From a virus (lineage: Duplodnaviria; Caudoviricetes): a stretch of DNA of 44,141 nt. How positions within the stretch are numbered: position 1 is the first letter of the stretch; every line of letters starts with the position of its first letter. The position numbers were made by a program, and so were the translations under genes. Below are positions 27,484-36,743 of the stretch, one piece after another. The stretch spans positions 1-44,141 of the IMG/VR virus record IMGVR_UViG_3300025888_000003, one strand, 5' to 3'. Under the pieces are notes generated by a model. The model saw only the letters and a list, made by a program, of their open reading frames with translations, searched no databases and was not told where the DNA came from.

Positions 27484-27742
27484 TCAACAATTACTCCAGC
27501 ACACAGTAAAATTAATCACCTCCCGCGAATATCACGCAGGCTATGCGTTCGCCGTCAATAACGATGCTTATTTTGATATGCTTACGAATGAAGACTTACT
27601 CAAGTTAGCAATGCTATTTATGTCAAACAGATCAGCATTTTCAGACGGTCAAGCATACTATTGTTGGGAACTAGCCTACAAGCGTAAGGGGCTGATTGCA
27701 GATGATACAGACACCAACAAAATATATTCATCGATGGTATAA
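27476..27742 (+). CDS. Hypothetical protein
   Basis: ATG overlapping the upstream gene end. Confidence 0.55.
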   Translation: MFSQQLLQHTVKLITSREYHAGYAFAVNNDAYFDMLTNEDLLKLAMLFMSNRSAFSDGQAYYCWELAYKRKGLIADDTDTNKIYSSMV

Positions 27743-27823
27743 ACGCGGTTATGTTGAAATTGGCAGAGTAGTATTTATAAGCGGGTTAATTTATGTATTT
27801 ATGGAGAAAAGGAGATTAATGTA

Positions 27824-27955
27824 ATGACAAAAGAAAATATACCGTTTCTAATAAAAATGGTTTGTGATGCTGATATTCGTACGTTATGTGGTGATATAGT
27901 AGGGATATCCAATATTACACTGGGAGAATTAGAAACGCTTTACAAGGAAGGTTAA
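27824..27955 (+). CDS. Hypothetical 43-aa protein
   Basis: AAGGAG SD; MTKENIPFLIKMVCDAD... Confidence 0.5.
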   Translation: MTKENIPFLIKMVCDADIRTLCGDIVGISNITLGELETLYKEG

Positions 27956-27959
27956 ATTG

Positions 27960-28229
27960 ATGGAATTAAAGCAGGCTGTTAACGATTATTTAAAGGCTAA
28001 GGGAAATTTGGAATCAATACTTGGTAAAAGCAGTGTTATTACAAATAGGTTTGATGGCACCGTATCATTAATAGCAGAAAAAATTAATTGCCTTGTTAAT
28101 GCTGATGAAGTTAACATTAGCAGAGGGCCGATAAATTTCCCTTGGCTAGTATCTGGTAGCATTTGTGGAGTCGCAATAAGCTGTGTATCATATAAAAAAG
28201 AAATTGAAGAAGCGGGGCTGATGAAATAA
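27960..28229 (+). CDS. Hypothetical protein
   Basis: ORF with SD, TAATG coupling to Gp157. Confidence 0.6.
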   Translation: MELKQAVNDYLKAKGNLESILGKSSVITNRFDGTVSLIAEKINCLVNADEVNISRGPINFPWLVSGSICGVAISCVSYKKEIEEAGLMK

Positions 28230-28723
28230 TGAGTAAATTATACGAACTAGCACAAAATTACGCCAATATCATCGACCTAATCGAAGACGATTCAATTCCT
28301 GCCGAAGCAATCGAAACAGCATTAAAAGCTGTTGAAGCCGATATTACCGTCAAAGCTGAAAGTATTGCTAAACTCGATGCCAATTTAGCTGGATCACAGT
28401 CACAGTTTGAAGCTGAAATTGAACGGCTTACGAAGCGTAAAAATGCGATTAAAAATCGTCGGGCGCAATTGAAGGAATTTTTAAAGGTTCAGCTTGAATC
28501 AATCAAGATAAAAAAGTTAAAAGCTGGCGTATTCTCGATAACTGTTCAAAATAATCCGCCAGCACTTCAAATTATTGATGACAAATTAATCCCGGCAGAA
28601 TACCAGACTATCGTTCCTGCGTATTACGAATTGCAGAAAGATAAAATTAAATCTGATTTAAAGGCAGGTAAAATTATTGAGGGGGCGCAGTTAACAACGG
28701 GAACCGCCCTGCACATCAGATGA
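28229..28723 (+). CDS. Siphovirus Gp157 family protein
   Basis: KLYEL, EIERL..RK, QNNPP.L.I.D...IP.EY, IK..LK.G..I.GA.L motifs. Confidence 0.9.
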   Translation: MSKLYELAQNYANIIDLIEDDSIPAEAIETALKAVEADITVKAESIAKLDANLAGSQSQFEAEIERLTKRKNAIKNRRAQLKEFLKVQLESIKIKKLKAGVFSITVQNNPPALQIIDDKLIPAEYQTIVPAYYELQKDKIKSDLKAGKIIEGAQLTTGTALHIR

Positions 28724-28863
28724 TGGCCTGCAAGCAAGACATATTTGATACAGCTACGCAGCAATGCAAAGCAAAATGTGATGTGCATAAAAATTATAAA
28801 TGTTGCGCATTATGTGATGATAAATTAGATTGCGAATATTTTTGCGGGGAGTGTGGGAAATAA
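28720..28863 (+). CDS. 47-aa Cys-rich microprotein
   Basis: ATGA/TAATG coupling at both ends; CKAKC..CCALC..CEYFCGEC. Confidence 0.6.
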   Translation: MMACKQDIFDTATQQCKAKCDVHKNYKCCALCDDKLDCEYFCGECGK

Positions 28864-29573
28864 TGGACATGCAACATTATAATAATCTTAGGGCTGTCCC
28901 TAAGGACGCCTTAAAAGAAATAGGATTTGGCAAACTTAAAGGAAAGTCAGATATTAACCCGCAATGGCGTTATGAATCCATGACTCGCGAATTTGGAGTA
29001 TGCGGAATTGGCTGGAAATATGAAATTGAAAAGACATGGACACAGCCTGCAAACGATGAACAAGTTATGGTATTTGTCGAGTTGAAATTATTTATCAAAA
29101 ATTGCGAAAATTGGTCTGATGGAATCCCGGCAATAGGCGGCGACTTCTTGCTTGAGAAAGACAAAAATGGCTTGCATGGGAATGACGAAGCCTACAAAAT
29201 GGCAACTACTGATGCTTTAGGCGTAGCAATGAAAATGCTAGGAGTAGCCGCTGATATTTACAGGGGACTAGCAAACGACAGTAAATATGGCAAGAATACT
29301 TCAACAGCACAGCCGCATACAAGCACGCCGCCTGTACAGCAAAAACTCGCCACGCATCCACCAGTTAAGCCACAGCAGGGAACATCAGCAAAAATATCAG
29401 AGCAGCAAGTTAAATCGTTATACACCAAGGCAACAAATTTAAAATTGTCTCATGATAAAGTTCACGAAATACTCAAAGCCAAATATAATATTGAATCAGC
29501 CAAGGATTTGCTAGTGCCTGATTTTGCATATGTGATGAATCATATGAATGAATTAGCGGAGGTAAAAGCATGA
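28863..29573 (+). CDS. Single-strand annealing protein, Rad52/Sak-like
   Basis: GKSDINPQWRY..MT..FGVCGIGW, DEAYKMATTDAL..A.K.LGVAADIY; located between Gp157 and SSB. Confidence 0.8.
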   Translation: MDMQHYNNLRAVPKDALKEIGFGKLKGKSDINPQWRYESMTREFGVCGIGWKYEIEKTWTQPANDEQVMVFVELKLFIKNCENWSDGIPAIGGDFLLEKDKNGLHGNDEAYKMATTDALGVAMKMLGVAADIYRGLANDSKYGKNTSTAQPHTSTPPVQQKLATHPPVKPQQGTSAKISEQQVKSLYTKATNLKLSHDKVHEILKAKYNIESAKDLLVPDFAYVMNHMNELAEVKA

Positions 29574-29959
29574 ACAACGTAATTATGACAGGCCACTTAG
29601 GAAAGCCACCGGAAACCAGATATACTAATAGCGGCATGGCAATAACTAATTTTTCAATGGCAATATTAGACGGCTACGGAGACAAGAAAAAAACTTATTG
29701 GCCTAATTTTGTGGCATTTGATAAAACGGCTGAAATTATTGCTAATTCGCTTGATAAAGGTAGTCATGTTTTAGTCGATGCTAGATACACAGAAGACCAT
29801 TGGGAAGATAAAGAAGGGAACAAGCGTATGACCGTTAAGTTTGTTGTTAATCGGATAGAATTTTTGGATAAGAAGGGTAAGCCATCCAGTGGTATTGAAT
29901 CAAATATCCCTGAATCATTTGGTAAACAAATATTCCCAGAAGATGAAATACCATTTTAG
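29570..29959 (+). CDS. ssb: Single-stranded DNA-binding protein
   Basis: MNNVIMTGHLGKPPETRYT OB-fold and acidic DEIPF tail. Confidence 0.95.
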   Translation: MNNVIMTGHLGKPPETRYTNSGMAITNFSMAILDGYGDKKKTYWPNFVAFDKTAEIIANSLDKGSHVLVDARYTEDHWEDKEGNKRMTVKFVVNRIEFLDKKGKPSSGIESNIPESFGKQIFPEDEIPF

Positions 29960-29968
29960 CACCATCAA

Positions 29969-30000
29969 AGCAGAAGCCTAAAAACTTCTGCTAAATTTTT
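29969..30000 (+). terminator. Probable terminator after ssb
   Basis: AGCAGAAG-cctaaaaa-CTTCTGCT then aaattttt. Confidence 0.6.
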
Positions 30001-30009
30001 AAAAATAGG

Positions 30010-30038
30010 TTGAAATGTATAACAATGGTTGGTATAAT
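30010..30038 (+). promoter_or_regulatory. Sigma-A promoter with extended -10
   Basis: TTGAAA, 17 nt, TATAAT preceded by TG-n. Confidence 0.8.
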
Positions 30039-30049
30039 ATTGGTAAGGG

Positions 30050-30784
30050 GTGATAAAAATTAAGCACATAGTACAATTTTCAGGCGGAGCGGCTAGTGCA
30101 TATGTAGCAAAATTGGTTATTGATAAGTTTGGCAAGGAAAATACAATTTTACTGCATCACGATACGAAAGCCGAAGACCCAGATACATACAGATTTTTAG
30201 AGCAAATTAGTAATTATCTCGATCATGAAATTACGGATGTTTCAGATGGGCGTAGTCTTTGGGAATTAATAGAAGATACTCACTGCATACCAAACTACTT
30301 TATGCCTTTTTGCACACAAACTTTAAAACTAAAACCAGCCGAAAAGTTTTACAAATCGTTATCAGAACCATTTATTCAATACAACGGTTTTGGTCCCAAT
30401 GAATGGAAGCGAGTAGCAAAAGCTATGCCAAGAGCTGAAATAGCGGGTAGACAATTAAAATGTTTGTTGTATGAAAGAAACATTAATGATGAACAAGTAA
30501 AAGATACGATCCGACACACTTGGAAAATTTGCTTGCCTAATGCCTATCGGTTTTTAAATCACAACAATTGCATACCTTGCTGGAAAGGTGGCAAAGGTCA
30601 CTTCTATCAAATTTGGTTGCATTATCCAAAACAATTTAAACAAGCAATTGAAGCAGAAAAATCGACCGAATATATAAGATTTAAAGATGAAACGCTGGAA
30701 GAATTAGCAAAAAAGTGGAAAGCTGGTAACATGGATAACTTATTTGACGATGATGCTGGAATACCGTGCATGTGTGCAGATTAA
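30050..30784 (+). CDS. PAPS-reductase-like (PP-loop/HUP) protein with Cys cluster
   Basis: VQFSGGAAS, DTKAEDPDTYRFL, CTQTLK, HNNCIPCWKGG, C-terminal CMC. Confidence 0.78.
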   Translation: MIKIKHIVQFSGGAASAYVAKLVIDKFGKENTILLHHDTKAEDPDTYRFLEQISNYLDHEITDVSDGRSLWELIEDTHCIPNYFMPFCTQTLKLKPAEKFYKSLSEPFIQYNGFGPNEWKRVAKAMPRAEIAGRQLKCLLYERNINDEQVKDTIRHTWKICLPNAYRFLNHNNCIPCWKGGKGHFYQIWLHYPKQFKQAIEAEKSTEYIRFKDETLEELAKKWKAGNMDNLFDDDAGIPCMCAD

Positions 30785-30817
30785 TATAAAAAAAGGAGCA
30801 ACAAAAGGGGTGATGGT

Positions 30818-30979
30818 ATGAGAGAATTGACAATATGCGATTTATGTAATACAACTTTAAATCCGCTTAATTCTCATCTTGGACCAGATAAAAACGGAAA
30901 TTTAATTTTTGCGCACATTGACTGTTGGAACGAATATTACGCAGATGAAATTAAAAAGGAGCAACAAAATGGAGCTTAA
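30818..30979 (+). CDS. 53-aa Zn-ribbon-like microprotein
   Basis: GGGGTGA SD; CDLC...HIDC. Confidence 0.55.
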   Translation: MRELTICDLCNTTLNPLNSHLGPDKNGNLIFAHIDCWNEYYADEIKKEQQNGA

Positions 30980-31145
30980 AAAATTCAGAGAAAAGTACAA
31001 TTTTACGCAAGCGGATATGTCCCGGTCACTGAATATAAGTCTAAACACTTATATTAGATGGGAATTAGGGATAGGAAATCCGGGGTTTGAGAATAAAATT
31101 AAGCTAGTTAAATATTTTGGAACGTTCGGGGAAAAATGGAATTAA
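30969..31145 (+). CDS. XRE/Cro-like HTH regulator
   Basis: LKKFREKYNFTQADMSRSLNISLNTYIRWELGIGNP; ATG after AAGGAG. Confidence 0.85.
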   Translation: MELKKFREKYNFTQADMSRSLNISLNTYIRWELGIGNPGFENKIKLVKYFGTFGEKWN

Positions 31146-32521
31146 GGGATTATCAACTAAAACTAGTAAATGACGTTCGCCAGCAAATTAAACTAGGTAA
31201 GCGGTCTATACTTATACAATTACCAACAGGCGGGGGGAAAACTGCCGTGGCGGCCTATATAATAAAAAACGCAATAGTAAAAGGCAATCGTGCTATGATG
31301 ACAACTCACCGCGCTGAAATTTTTAGCCAGATTATAAGCACAATGGAATCTTTCAACGTTCCCTACGGGATGATTCAATCTGGCACGAAGATGGACCTTG
31401 ATCAGCCTATGCAAGTGGCTAGTATATTAACACTTCGCAATAGACTTGATAAAGTTCCGATTCCCAAAATATTGGTAGTTGATGAAACACAGCATCTTGT
31501 AAGTCCTACATGGAAACAGGTAGCGGACTATTATCGTAAACGTGGAACAATTATTTTGGGATTAAGTGCTAGCCCTCACCGACTTTCAGGCGAATCATTA
31601 TCAAGTTGTTTTGAAGTCATGGTGCAGGGGCCGTCAATTCGAGAATTGATTAAAATGAAATTTTTAAGCGAATATATTTATTATGCTCCAAGTGTTGGAA
31701 TTGAAACATCAACTATTCATATCAAGTGTGGCGATTTTGATAAAAGTGAACTTGAAATAGCAGTCAACAAGCGGGCCATAACAGGCAATATAATATCGCA
31801 TTACAAACGATTGATACCGGGAAAACGAGCAATAGTTTTTTGCGTATCGGTAGCACATGCAAAATCAGTATCAGAACAATTTAACGAAAAAGGAATCCCG
31901 GCAGAATTTGTTGAAGGAAGTATGCCAAAAGAAGCTAGAAAATCAGCATTTGAACGGTTTAAACGTGGCGAAACATTAGTCTTGGTGAATATCGAGATCG
32001 CGAGTGAGGGCGTTGATATTCCAGCAGTAGAAGCGGTTATATTGCTTAGGCCGACAATGAGCGAATCGTTATTTTTGCAACAGGTTGGCAGGGCATTGCG
32101 GATTGACCCGGATAACAAAAGTAAAATAGCTGTGGTGCTGGATCATTGTTCTAATGTATTTACTCATGGATTGCCAGATAAAGACAGAGTTTGGAGTCTT
32201 GACGGTATTGTTAGCCATCGTAAACAAGGTGAAAAAGCAGTAGGCTGTCGCATGTGTCCGAAATGCTTTTATTGCCATGATCCTGCACCGGTTTGCCCAC
32301 ACTGCGGGTATCAATATGAAGTTACTGGTAGAATGTTAGCAATTGAAGCTGGCGAATTACGCCAATACGACGAAAAAATTATCGAAGATGAAAAACGCAA
32401 AAAGCGTATGACCGTAGGCATGGCAAAAACTCGCGCAGATTTAGAAGAAATAGCGCTGGAGCGAGGATATAAGAAGTCTTGGGTTTATGTCCAGGCTAAA
32501 TTAAAAAATATTAGGGGGTAA
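31136..32521 (+). CDS. Superfamily 2 helicase with C-terminal Zn finger
   Basis: LRDYQ, LPTGGGKT, VVDETQH, LSASP, EGVDIP, QQVGRALR, CPKC..CPHC. Confidence 0.93.
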   Translation: MELRDYQLKLVNDVRQQIKLGKRSILIQLPTGGGKTAVAAYIIKNAIVKGNRAMMTTHRAEIFSQIISTMESFNVPYGMIQSGTKMDLDQPMQVASILTLRNRLDKVPIPKILVVDETQHLVSPTWKQVADYYRKRGTIILGLSASPHRLSGESLSSCFEVMVQGPSIRELIKMKFLSEYIYYAPSVGIETSTIHIKCGDFDKSELEIAVNKRAITGNIISHYKRLIPGKRAIVFCVSVAHAKSVSEQFNEKGIPAEFVEGSMPKEARKSAFERFKRGETLVLVNIEIASEGVDIPAVEAVILLRPTMSESLFLQQVGRALRIDPDNKSKIAVVLDHCSNVFTHGLPDKDRVWSLDGIVSHRKQGEKAVGCRMCPKCFYCHDPAPVCPHCGYQYEVTGRMLAIEAGELRQYDEKIIEDEKRKKRMTVGMAKTRADLEEIALERGYKKSWVYVQAKLKNIRG

Positions 32522-32525
32522 TCGT

Positions 32526-32939
32526 ATAGCTACCAAAGGAACAAATCTCACAAACAGCATAAAAAAAGCCATCAGTCACGATACTAAAGGTCAAGTTATT
32601 CCATATCGCGTTAACGCAGGAACTTTTTGGGGCGGTCAAGTTGCTGGTCATAGCGTAGTGGGCGGCAGAACATACGTAACGCTTAAGGATGCTACCAGAG
32701 TCGAAGGATTCCCAGCAGGATTCCCGGACTTATTATTGCTGTATTCCGAGATAGTAACGCCTGATATGGTCGGTAAAACGGTATTACGTGCAGGATTCAT
32801 CGAAGTCAAGGCAGAAGGCGATACAGTCAAGGATAATCAAGAATATTTTATCCAGCAGATGAGATTAAAGGGAGCGGATCGAGCAGGATTCGCACACGAT
32901 GTTAGACAAGGGGTAGATATTGCGAAAGGGGTTAAATAA
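32526..32939 (+). CDS. VRR-NUC family PD-(D/E)xK nuclease
   Basis: YRVNAG, GFPDL, FIEVK, NQEYFI motifs; frame open from 32505, ATA 32526 fits the SD. Confidence 0.75.
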   Translation: MATKGTNLTNSIKKAISHDTKGQVIPYRVNAGTFWGGQVAGHSVVGGRTYVTLKDATRVEGFPAGFPDLLLLYSEIVTPDMVGKTVLRAGFIEVKAEGDTVKDNQEYFIQQMRLKGADRAGFAHDVRQGVDIAKGVK

Positions 32940-32941
32940 TA

Positions 32942-33136
32942 ATGGTTAATCGAAAAGTTGAAAATCGTTGTGGAGATTGTCGCTACTTTGATACAGATAA
33001 ATATTTAGCGGTAAAAAAATCCGTTTGCTACGTAAAACAGGTACCCGATAAGTATACCGGATTGAAGGCGGCAGTAGAAGTTAAACCAAGGGAATTAGCG
33101 TGTAACGAATTTAGGCAAAAACTTGATAATAAATAG
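32942..33136 (+). CDS. Small Cys-rich protein
   Basis: CGDCRYF..C..ACNEF. Confidence 0.65.
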   Translation: MVNRKVENRCGDCRYFDTDKYLAVKKSVCYVKQVPDKYTGLKAAVEVKPRELACNEFRQKLDNK

Positions 33137-33245
33137 CTGGCTGTATTCCGCCGTACCCCACACAATTGACCACCAGCGAATGAATATAGTCATGCTGGTA
33201 TAAGTTTAAGCGAAGTTAAAATAAAATTGTTAGGCGGCGATTAAA

Positions 33246-33602
33246 ATGACGAGCGAAGAAGCTAGACAATATTTTAAAGATCATAACCTGTCATACGAAA
33301 ATATAACCAGCGGTGATATTTGTGTATTGATTATGATTCTTAATAAAACATTAAATAAAATTCGCAAAAGTACAGAAATATCATTGCGCATGTCAGAAAA
33401 AATACACAGCAAATACAAAATAAATGGTGATTTGATTACATGCTATTTATATGTAAACGGTAGCTATTTTACTAGACGTGAATGTATATCTTTTGGGATA
33501 GACGGATTTATTGGATTCTGTGGATGGGCCGATAGCACTAATCAAAAACCAATTGTAGATAGTTTTATTAAATGGTGTGATTATCTGGCGGTGAAAAAAT
33601 AA
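33246..33602 (+). CDS. Conserved-looking phage hypothetical protein
   Basis: YFTRRECISF..DGFIGFCGWADSTN..P...FIKWCD motif. Confidence 0.75.
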   Translation: MTSEEARQYFKDHNLSYENITSGDICVLIMILNKTLNKIRKSTEISLRMSEKIHSKYKINGDLITCYLYVNGSYFTRRECISFGIDGFIGFCGWADSTNQKPIVDSFIKWCDYLAVKK

Positions 33603-34018
33603 TGGATATTAAATTTCAGGCGTTTGATGAAAAGTTAAATACAATATTTGCTGTACACGAATTAAACTTTCAAGAGATCAATGGTAAAACAGGTAAATTA
33701 ACATTAATCAGAGGGTATAGCTCTAAAGGTTGCACGATGATGGAAGGAAGGGACGTTTTTGGAGGGCACAACGCAAAGCGCATTAAGCTTATGCAGTTTA
33801 CGGGGTTGCAAGATATGGACAAAATTGATATTTACGATGCGGATATATTGCTGGTAGATGAACATTACAAAGCTAAAGTTATTCAAGCTAACGGTTACTT
33901 TTGCGTTATTTATTACAAGGAAGGTATAGTGGACGGAAGAGACTTTTTGTATCGTATTAATCACAATAGCAGAAAAATAGGTAACTGGTACCAAAATCCA
34001 GAACTGCTGCGATCATGA
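33602..34018 (+). CDS. YopX family protein
   Basis: IKFQAFD, LMQFTGLQD....IYDADIL, IGNWYQNPELL. Confidence 0.88.
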   Translation: MDIKFQAFDEKLNTIFAVHELNFQEINGKTGKLTLIRGYSSKGCTMMEGRDVFGGHNAKRIKLMQFTGLQDMDKIDIYDADILLVDEHYKAKVIQANGYFCVIYYKEGIVDGRDFLYRINHNSRKIGNWYQNPELLRS

Positions 34019-34133
34019 AATACCGTAACTCTCCTGTACCACTCATGCCAACTAAAATATATATCGATGCCGATAATAAAATAAAATTGGATTGGCATAC
34101 AGAAGTCGGAAAATTATTGGAGGACTTAAAACC

Positions 34134-34478
34134 ATGCCAACAGGCAAACAATATTCCCCATACGAAATAAAATTTATCTGTAACAATTATAAACTTCACA
34201 CCGACAAATGGATTGCTGACCAGCTTAGCAGAACCGAACGGGCGATAATAACATTTCGCACAGCAAAATTGGGGCTAGTCAGGAAAATTATACCCGTTAA
34301 AATTAAACATCATAAAATCAAGCAGGTGCCGATTGATATATCACGAAGAATATTATTCATGGAGTTTATGCGGTGTGGTAAGAAGCTGGTTGGCGATAGT
34401 AGGCCGATAATAAGATTGAGCGATTTGATACCAGCGTTTGCAAGTTATGAAAATAATCGGGAGGTTAAAATATTGTGA
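34134..34478 (+). CDS. HTH/Myb-like DNA-binding protein
   Basis: YSPYEIKFI..NY...TDKWIADQLSRTERAI; ATG after GGAGG. Confidence 0.65.
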   Translation: MPTGKQYSPYEIKFICNNYKLHTDKWIADQLSRTERAIITFRTAKLGLVRKIIPVKIKHHKIKQVPIDISRRILFMEFMRCGKKLVGDSRPIIRLSDLIPAFASYENNREVKIL

Positions 34479-34654
34479 CATATAACGATAAGGCAGTTGA
34501 GACGTTGATAATTCTTACCATAATTACGAATTGCCCACGTGATTGTGATTTAAAAGATAAAGAACATTGTCCGCATACTATAGCTGTGGCAGATGAAACT
34601 TGTTTTAAATGTTGGCAGCAAGCATTACAGCAGGAACCGGATGTGCAGCTATGA
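34475..34654 (+). CDS. 59-aa Cys-rich microprotein
   Basis: GGGAGG SD, GTGA/ATGA coupling; CPRDC..C..CFKCW. Confidence 0.6.
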   Translation: MTYNDKAVETLIILTIITNCPRDCDLKDKEHCPHTIAVADETCFKCWQQALQQEPDVQL

Positions 34655-34941
34655 CACCAGCAGAATTAAACGATATTCAGCAGAAAAATAATAAATCGCC
34701 ATTAAAGATTAAGCGATGCGCAGGTGCTGGATTTTCAATCGTTATTAACGGTAAACAATTTGCTGTAATAGATAAACAAACAAATCGTGTTAAATTACTA
34801 TCTGCAAATGAAGTTAATTTTTTTGTAGATCCGTATAAAGATATTTTTGATTTATTGGCACACATCAGCGAACTTGAAACCACCAAACAGCAACTACTAA
34901 TTGCTCTGCAAGAGCAGAATGTAAAACATACCCAGCAATGA
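34651..34941 (+). CDS. Hypothetical protein
   Basis: ATGA-coupled ORF; DIFDLLAHISELE coiled-coil end. Confidence 0.6.
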   Translation: MTPAELNDIQQKNNKSPLKIKRCAGAGFSIVINGKQFAVIDKQTNRVKLLSANEVNFFVDPYKDIFDLLAHISELETTKQQLLIALQEQNVKHTQQ

Positions 34942-35165
34942 ATGAGGAAATCAAAGAATTATTGCATATGACAGGCGAAAATATGGATTTGTATGTTGTT
35001 ACCAGAATTGAGGAATTGGAGCAAGAAAACGCCACATTACGCCAGCAAATTAATAAAATGAAGTCATGTTATAATTGTAAAAATATTCAAATAATAGGAA
35101 GCTGTATTTTAGGATTAAACGGTTGCATTAATAATAATCACAGTGGATGGGAAGGATCTGACTAA
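34938..35165 (+). CDS. Hypothetical coiled-coil/Cys protein
   Basis: RIEELEQEN..KMKSCYNCKN..C..C. Confidence 0.65.
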   Translation: MNEEIKELLHMTGENMDLYVVTRIEELEQENATLRQQINKMKSCYNCKNIQIIGSCILGLNGCINNNHSGWEGSD

Positions 35166-35166
35166 T

Positions 35167-35286
35167 ATGAAATGCATTAACTGCCCACAATATAGTGAAG
35201 GATTTTGCGATTATCACGGAATAACGGTTAGGCCTGATAAGGTGACTAGGTGTTTTGATGATGAAGGAGAGGTTGAGGATGAATGA
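35167..35286 (+). CDS. 39-aa Cys-rich microprotein
   Basis: MKCINCPQYSEGFCDYHG..RC. Confidence 0.5.
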   Translation: MKCINCPQYSEGFCDYHGITVRPDKVTRCFDDEGEVEDE

Positions 35287-36052
35287 ATTAATTCGCAATG
35301 AAGACCCAATAAAAACTTTAACTCGATGGTCATATGCTTATTCGATGGACGGAGAACATACTAGACAAATAGCTAAGTATATTCAAGGCCTTCGCGCCAA
35401 ACTACAATCAGTAGAATCAAAAATAACCGCACTATCCGAAACAATTGATAGCCAGCATCAAACTAATGTGGCACTTGTGAATAAGTTGGAAGCGGCAGAA
35501 AAAGTTGAAAATGAACTTATGGAAGATTTAATTATTGAACGCAAAAAAAATAGAGATCACAGTAATGAAAGTTTGGCGTTTCAGCAAAGAGCGTGGAAGG
35601 CAGAAAAAATAATTGAAGGATTTAATGAAAATAGTTATAAAATGGCCGATATTGTAACTGTAGTAAAAAGCGAGCGCGACGAATTGCAGCAACAATTATC
35701 AGACATATTCGATAATATTACAGGTGCAAAATGTGCTGATGATGTAGTTAATCATTTGGAAAAGTTACGTACTAATATATATGAATTGCAGGCGCAGGTT
35801 GCTGTGATGCAGGAAGCTTTAGAAAATATAATGAATCACACTGTACGATACGCAAAAGAATCAGATACGGGATATTTGTACAGAATTGCTAGACAAGCAA
35901 TTGAAACCACTCCAGCAAAAACAGCAGAGCGAGCACAAGGGCTGGTTGATGCACTGAAAGAGATTAAGTATCGGGCAACGGCATTTAGAACTGACGGGTT
36001 TGAAAAATTAGTGAGAGAAGCATTAGATAAGTATCGGGGTGAAGCCAAATGA
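35279..36052 (+). CDS. Coiled-coil hypothetical protein
   Basis: Long heptad pattern; GGAGAGG SD. Confidence 0.7.
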   Translation: MNELIRNEDPIKTLTRWSYAYSMDGEHTRQIAKYIQGLRAKLQSVESKITALSETIDSQHQTNVALVNKLEAAEKVENELMEDLIIERKKNRDHSNESLAFQQRAWKAEKIIEGFNENSYKMADIVTVVKSERDELQQQLSDIFDNITGAKCADDVVNHLEKLRTNIYELQAQVAVMQEALENIMNHTVRYAKESDTGYLYRIARQAIETTPAKTAERAQGLVDALKEIKYRATAFRTDGFEKLVREALDKYRGEAK

Positions 36053-36318
36053 TTAATATTAAAACAGCTTTAAAAGTATTACACGGTGAATATTTTTTGT
36101 TTGTATCAGGTGATGGGAACTCAATTAAAATCGATCGTAAAAACGCTAACGATATTGCAGACTTGATTACTCGCCAACAGGCTGTTTGTAATGAGGCTAA
36201 AATATTAAATCGTTGCACACTTTTTAACGACTACCCGCAAACCTGCGATGAACTCGATCACGAATGTGAAGAATATAATTTATGTGACGCATTAAAACGA
36301 TTGGAGGTAAAACTATGA
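36049..36318 (+). CDS. Hypothetical protein
   Basis: ATGA-coupled ORF; Cys-rich C-terminus. Confidence 0.65.
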   Translation: MINIKTALKVLHGEYFLFVSGDGNSIKIDRKNANDIADLITRQQAVCNEAKILNRCTLFNDYPQTCDELDHECEEYNLCDALKRLEVKL

Positions 36319-36743
36319 CAACTAAACTAGAATCGGTATTAACACGTGCAGAAGATGTAGAACACAAACTATTTCATGATGATCAATCTAAAACTATCAA
36401 AGAATTACAGGCGCAAATCGGCTTAATGATAAGTGCATTAATTCCATTAATGGAAATTATAGAATTACACAAATTGGAGTGCTGGCAATATGAATTAGCG
36501 GGACAAATATTGTCATCAACGCCAGCAGAAGCAGCAGATTTAATAATTCGCCAGCGAAAAGTTTGTGTCGCAGCAAAATACCGTGAAGAATGTGAGCGCA
36601 GATGGCGTATTGGAGATAAATTAGTAAACCATGAAACATTATATAGTGCTGATGGTATATTAACAACAGCGCTAAAACAGTTGGAGGAATTAAATTATGA
36701 CAACAAAACTAGAAGTAGTAAAATTCCTGTTACAAGAAATTGA
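36315..36743 (+). CDS. Hypothetical protein, mosaic of neighbouring genes
   Basis: GGAGG SD; shares peptide blocks with 35279, 36049 and 36697. Confidence 0.65.
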   Translation: MTTKLESVLTRAEDVEHKLFHDDQSKTIKELQAQIGLMISALIPLMEIIELHKLECWQYELAGQILSSTPAEAADLIIRQRKVCVAAKYREECERRWRIGDKLVNHETLYSADGILTTALKQLEELNYDNKTRSSKIPVTRN

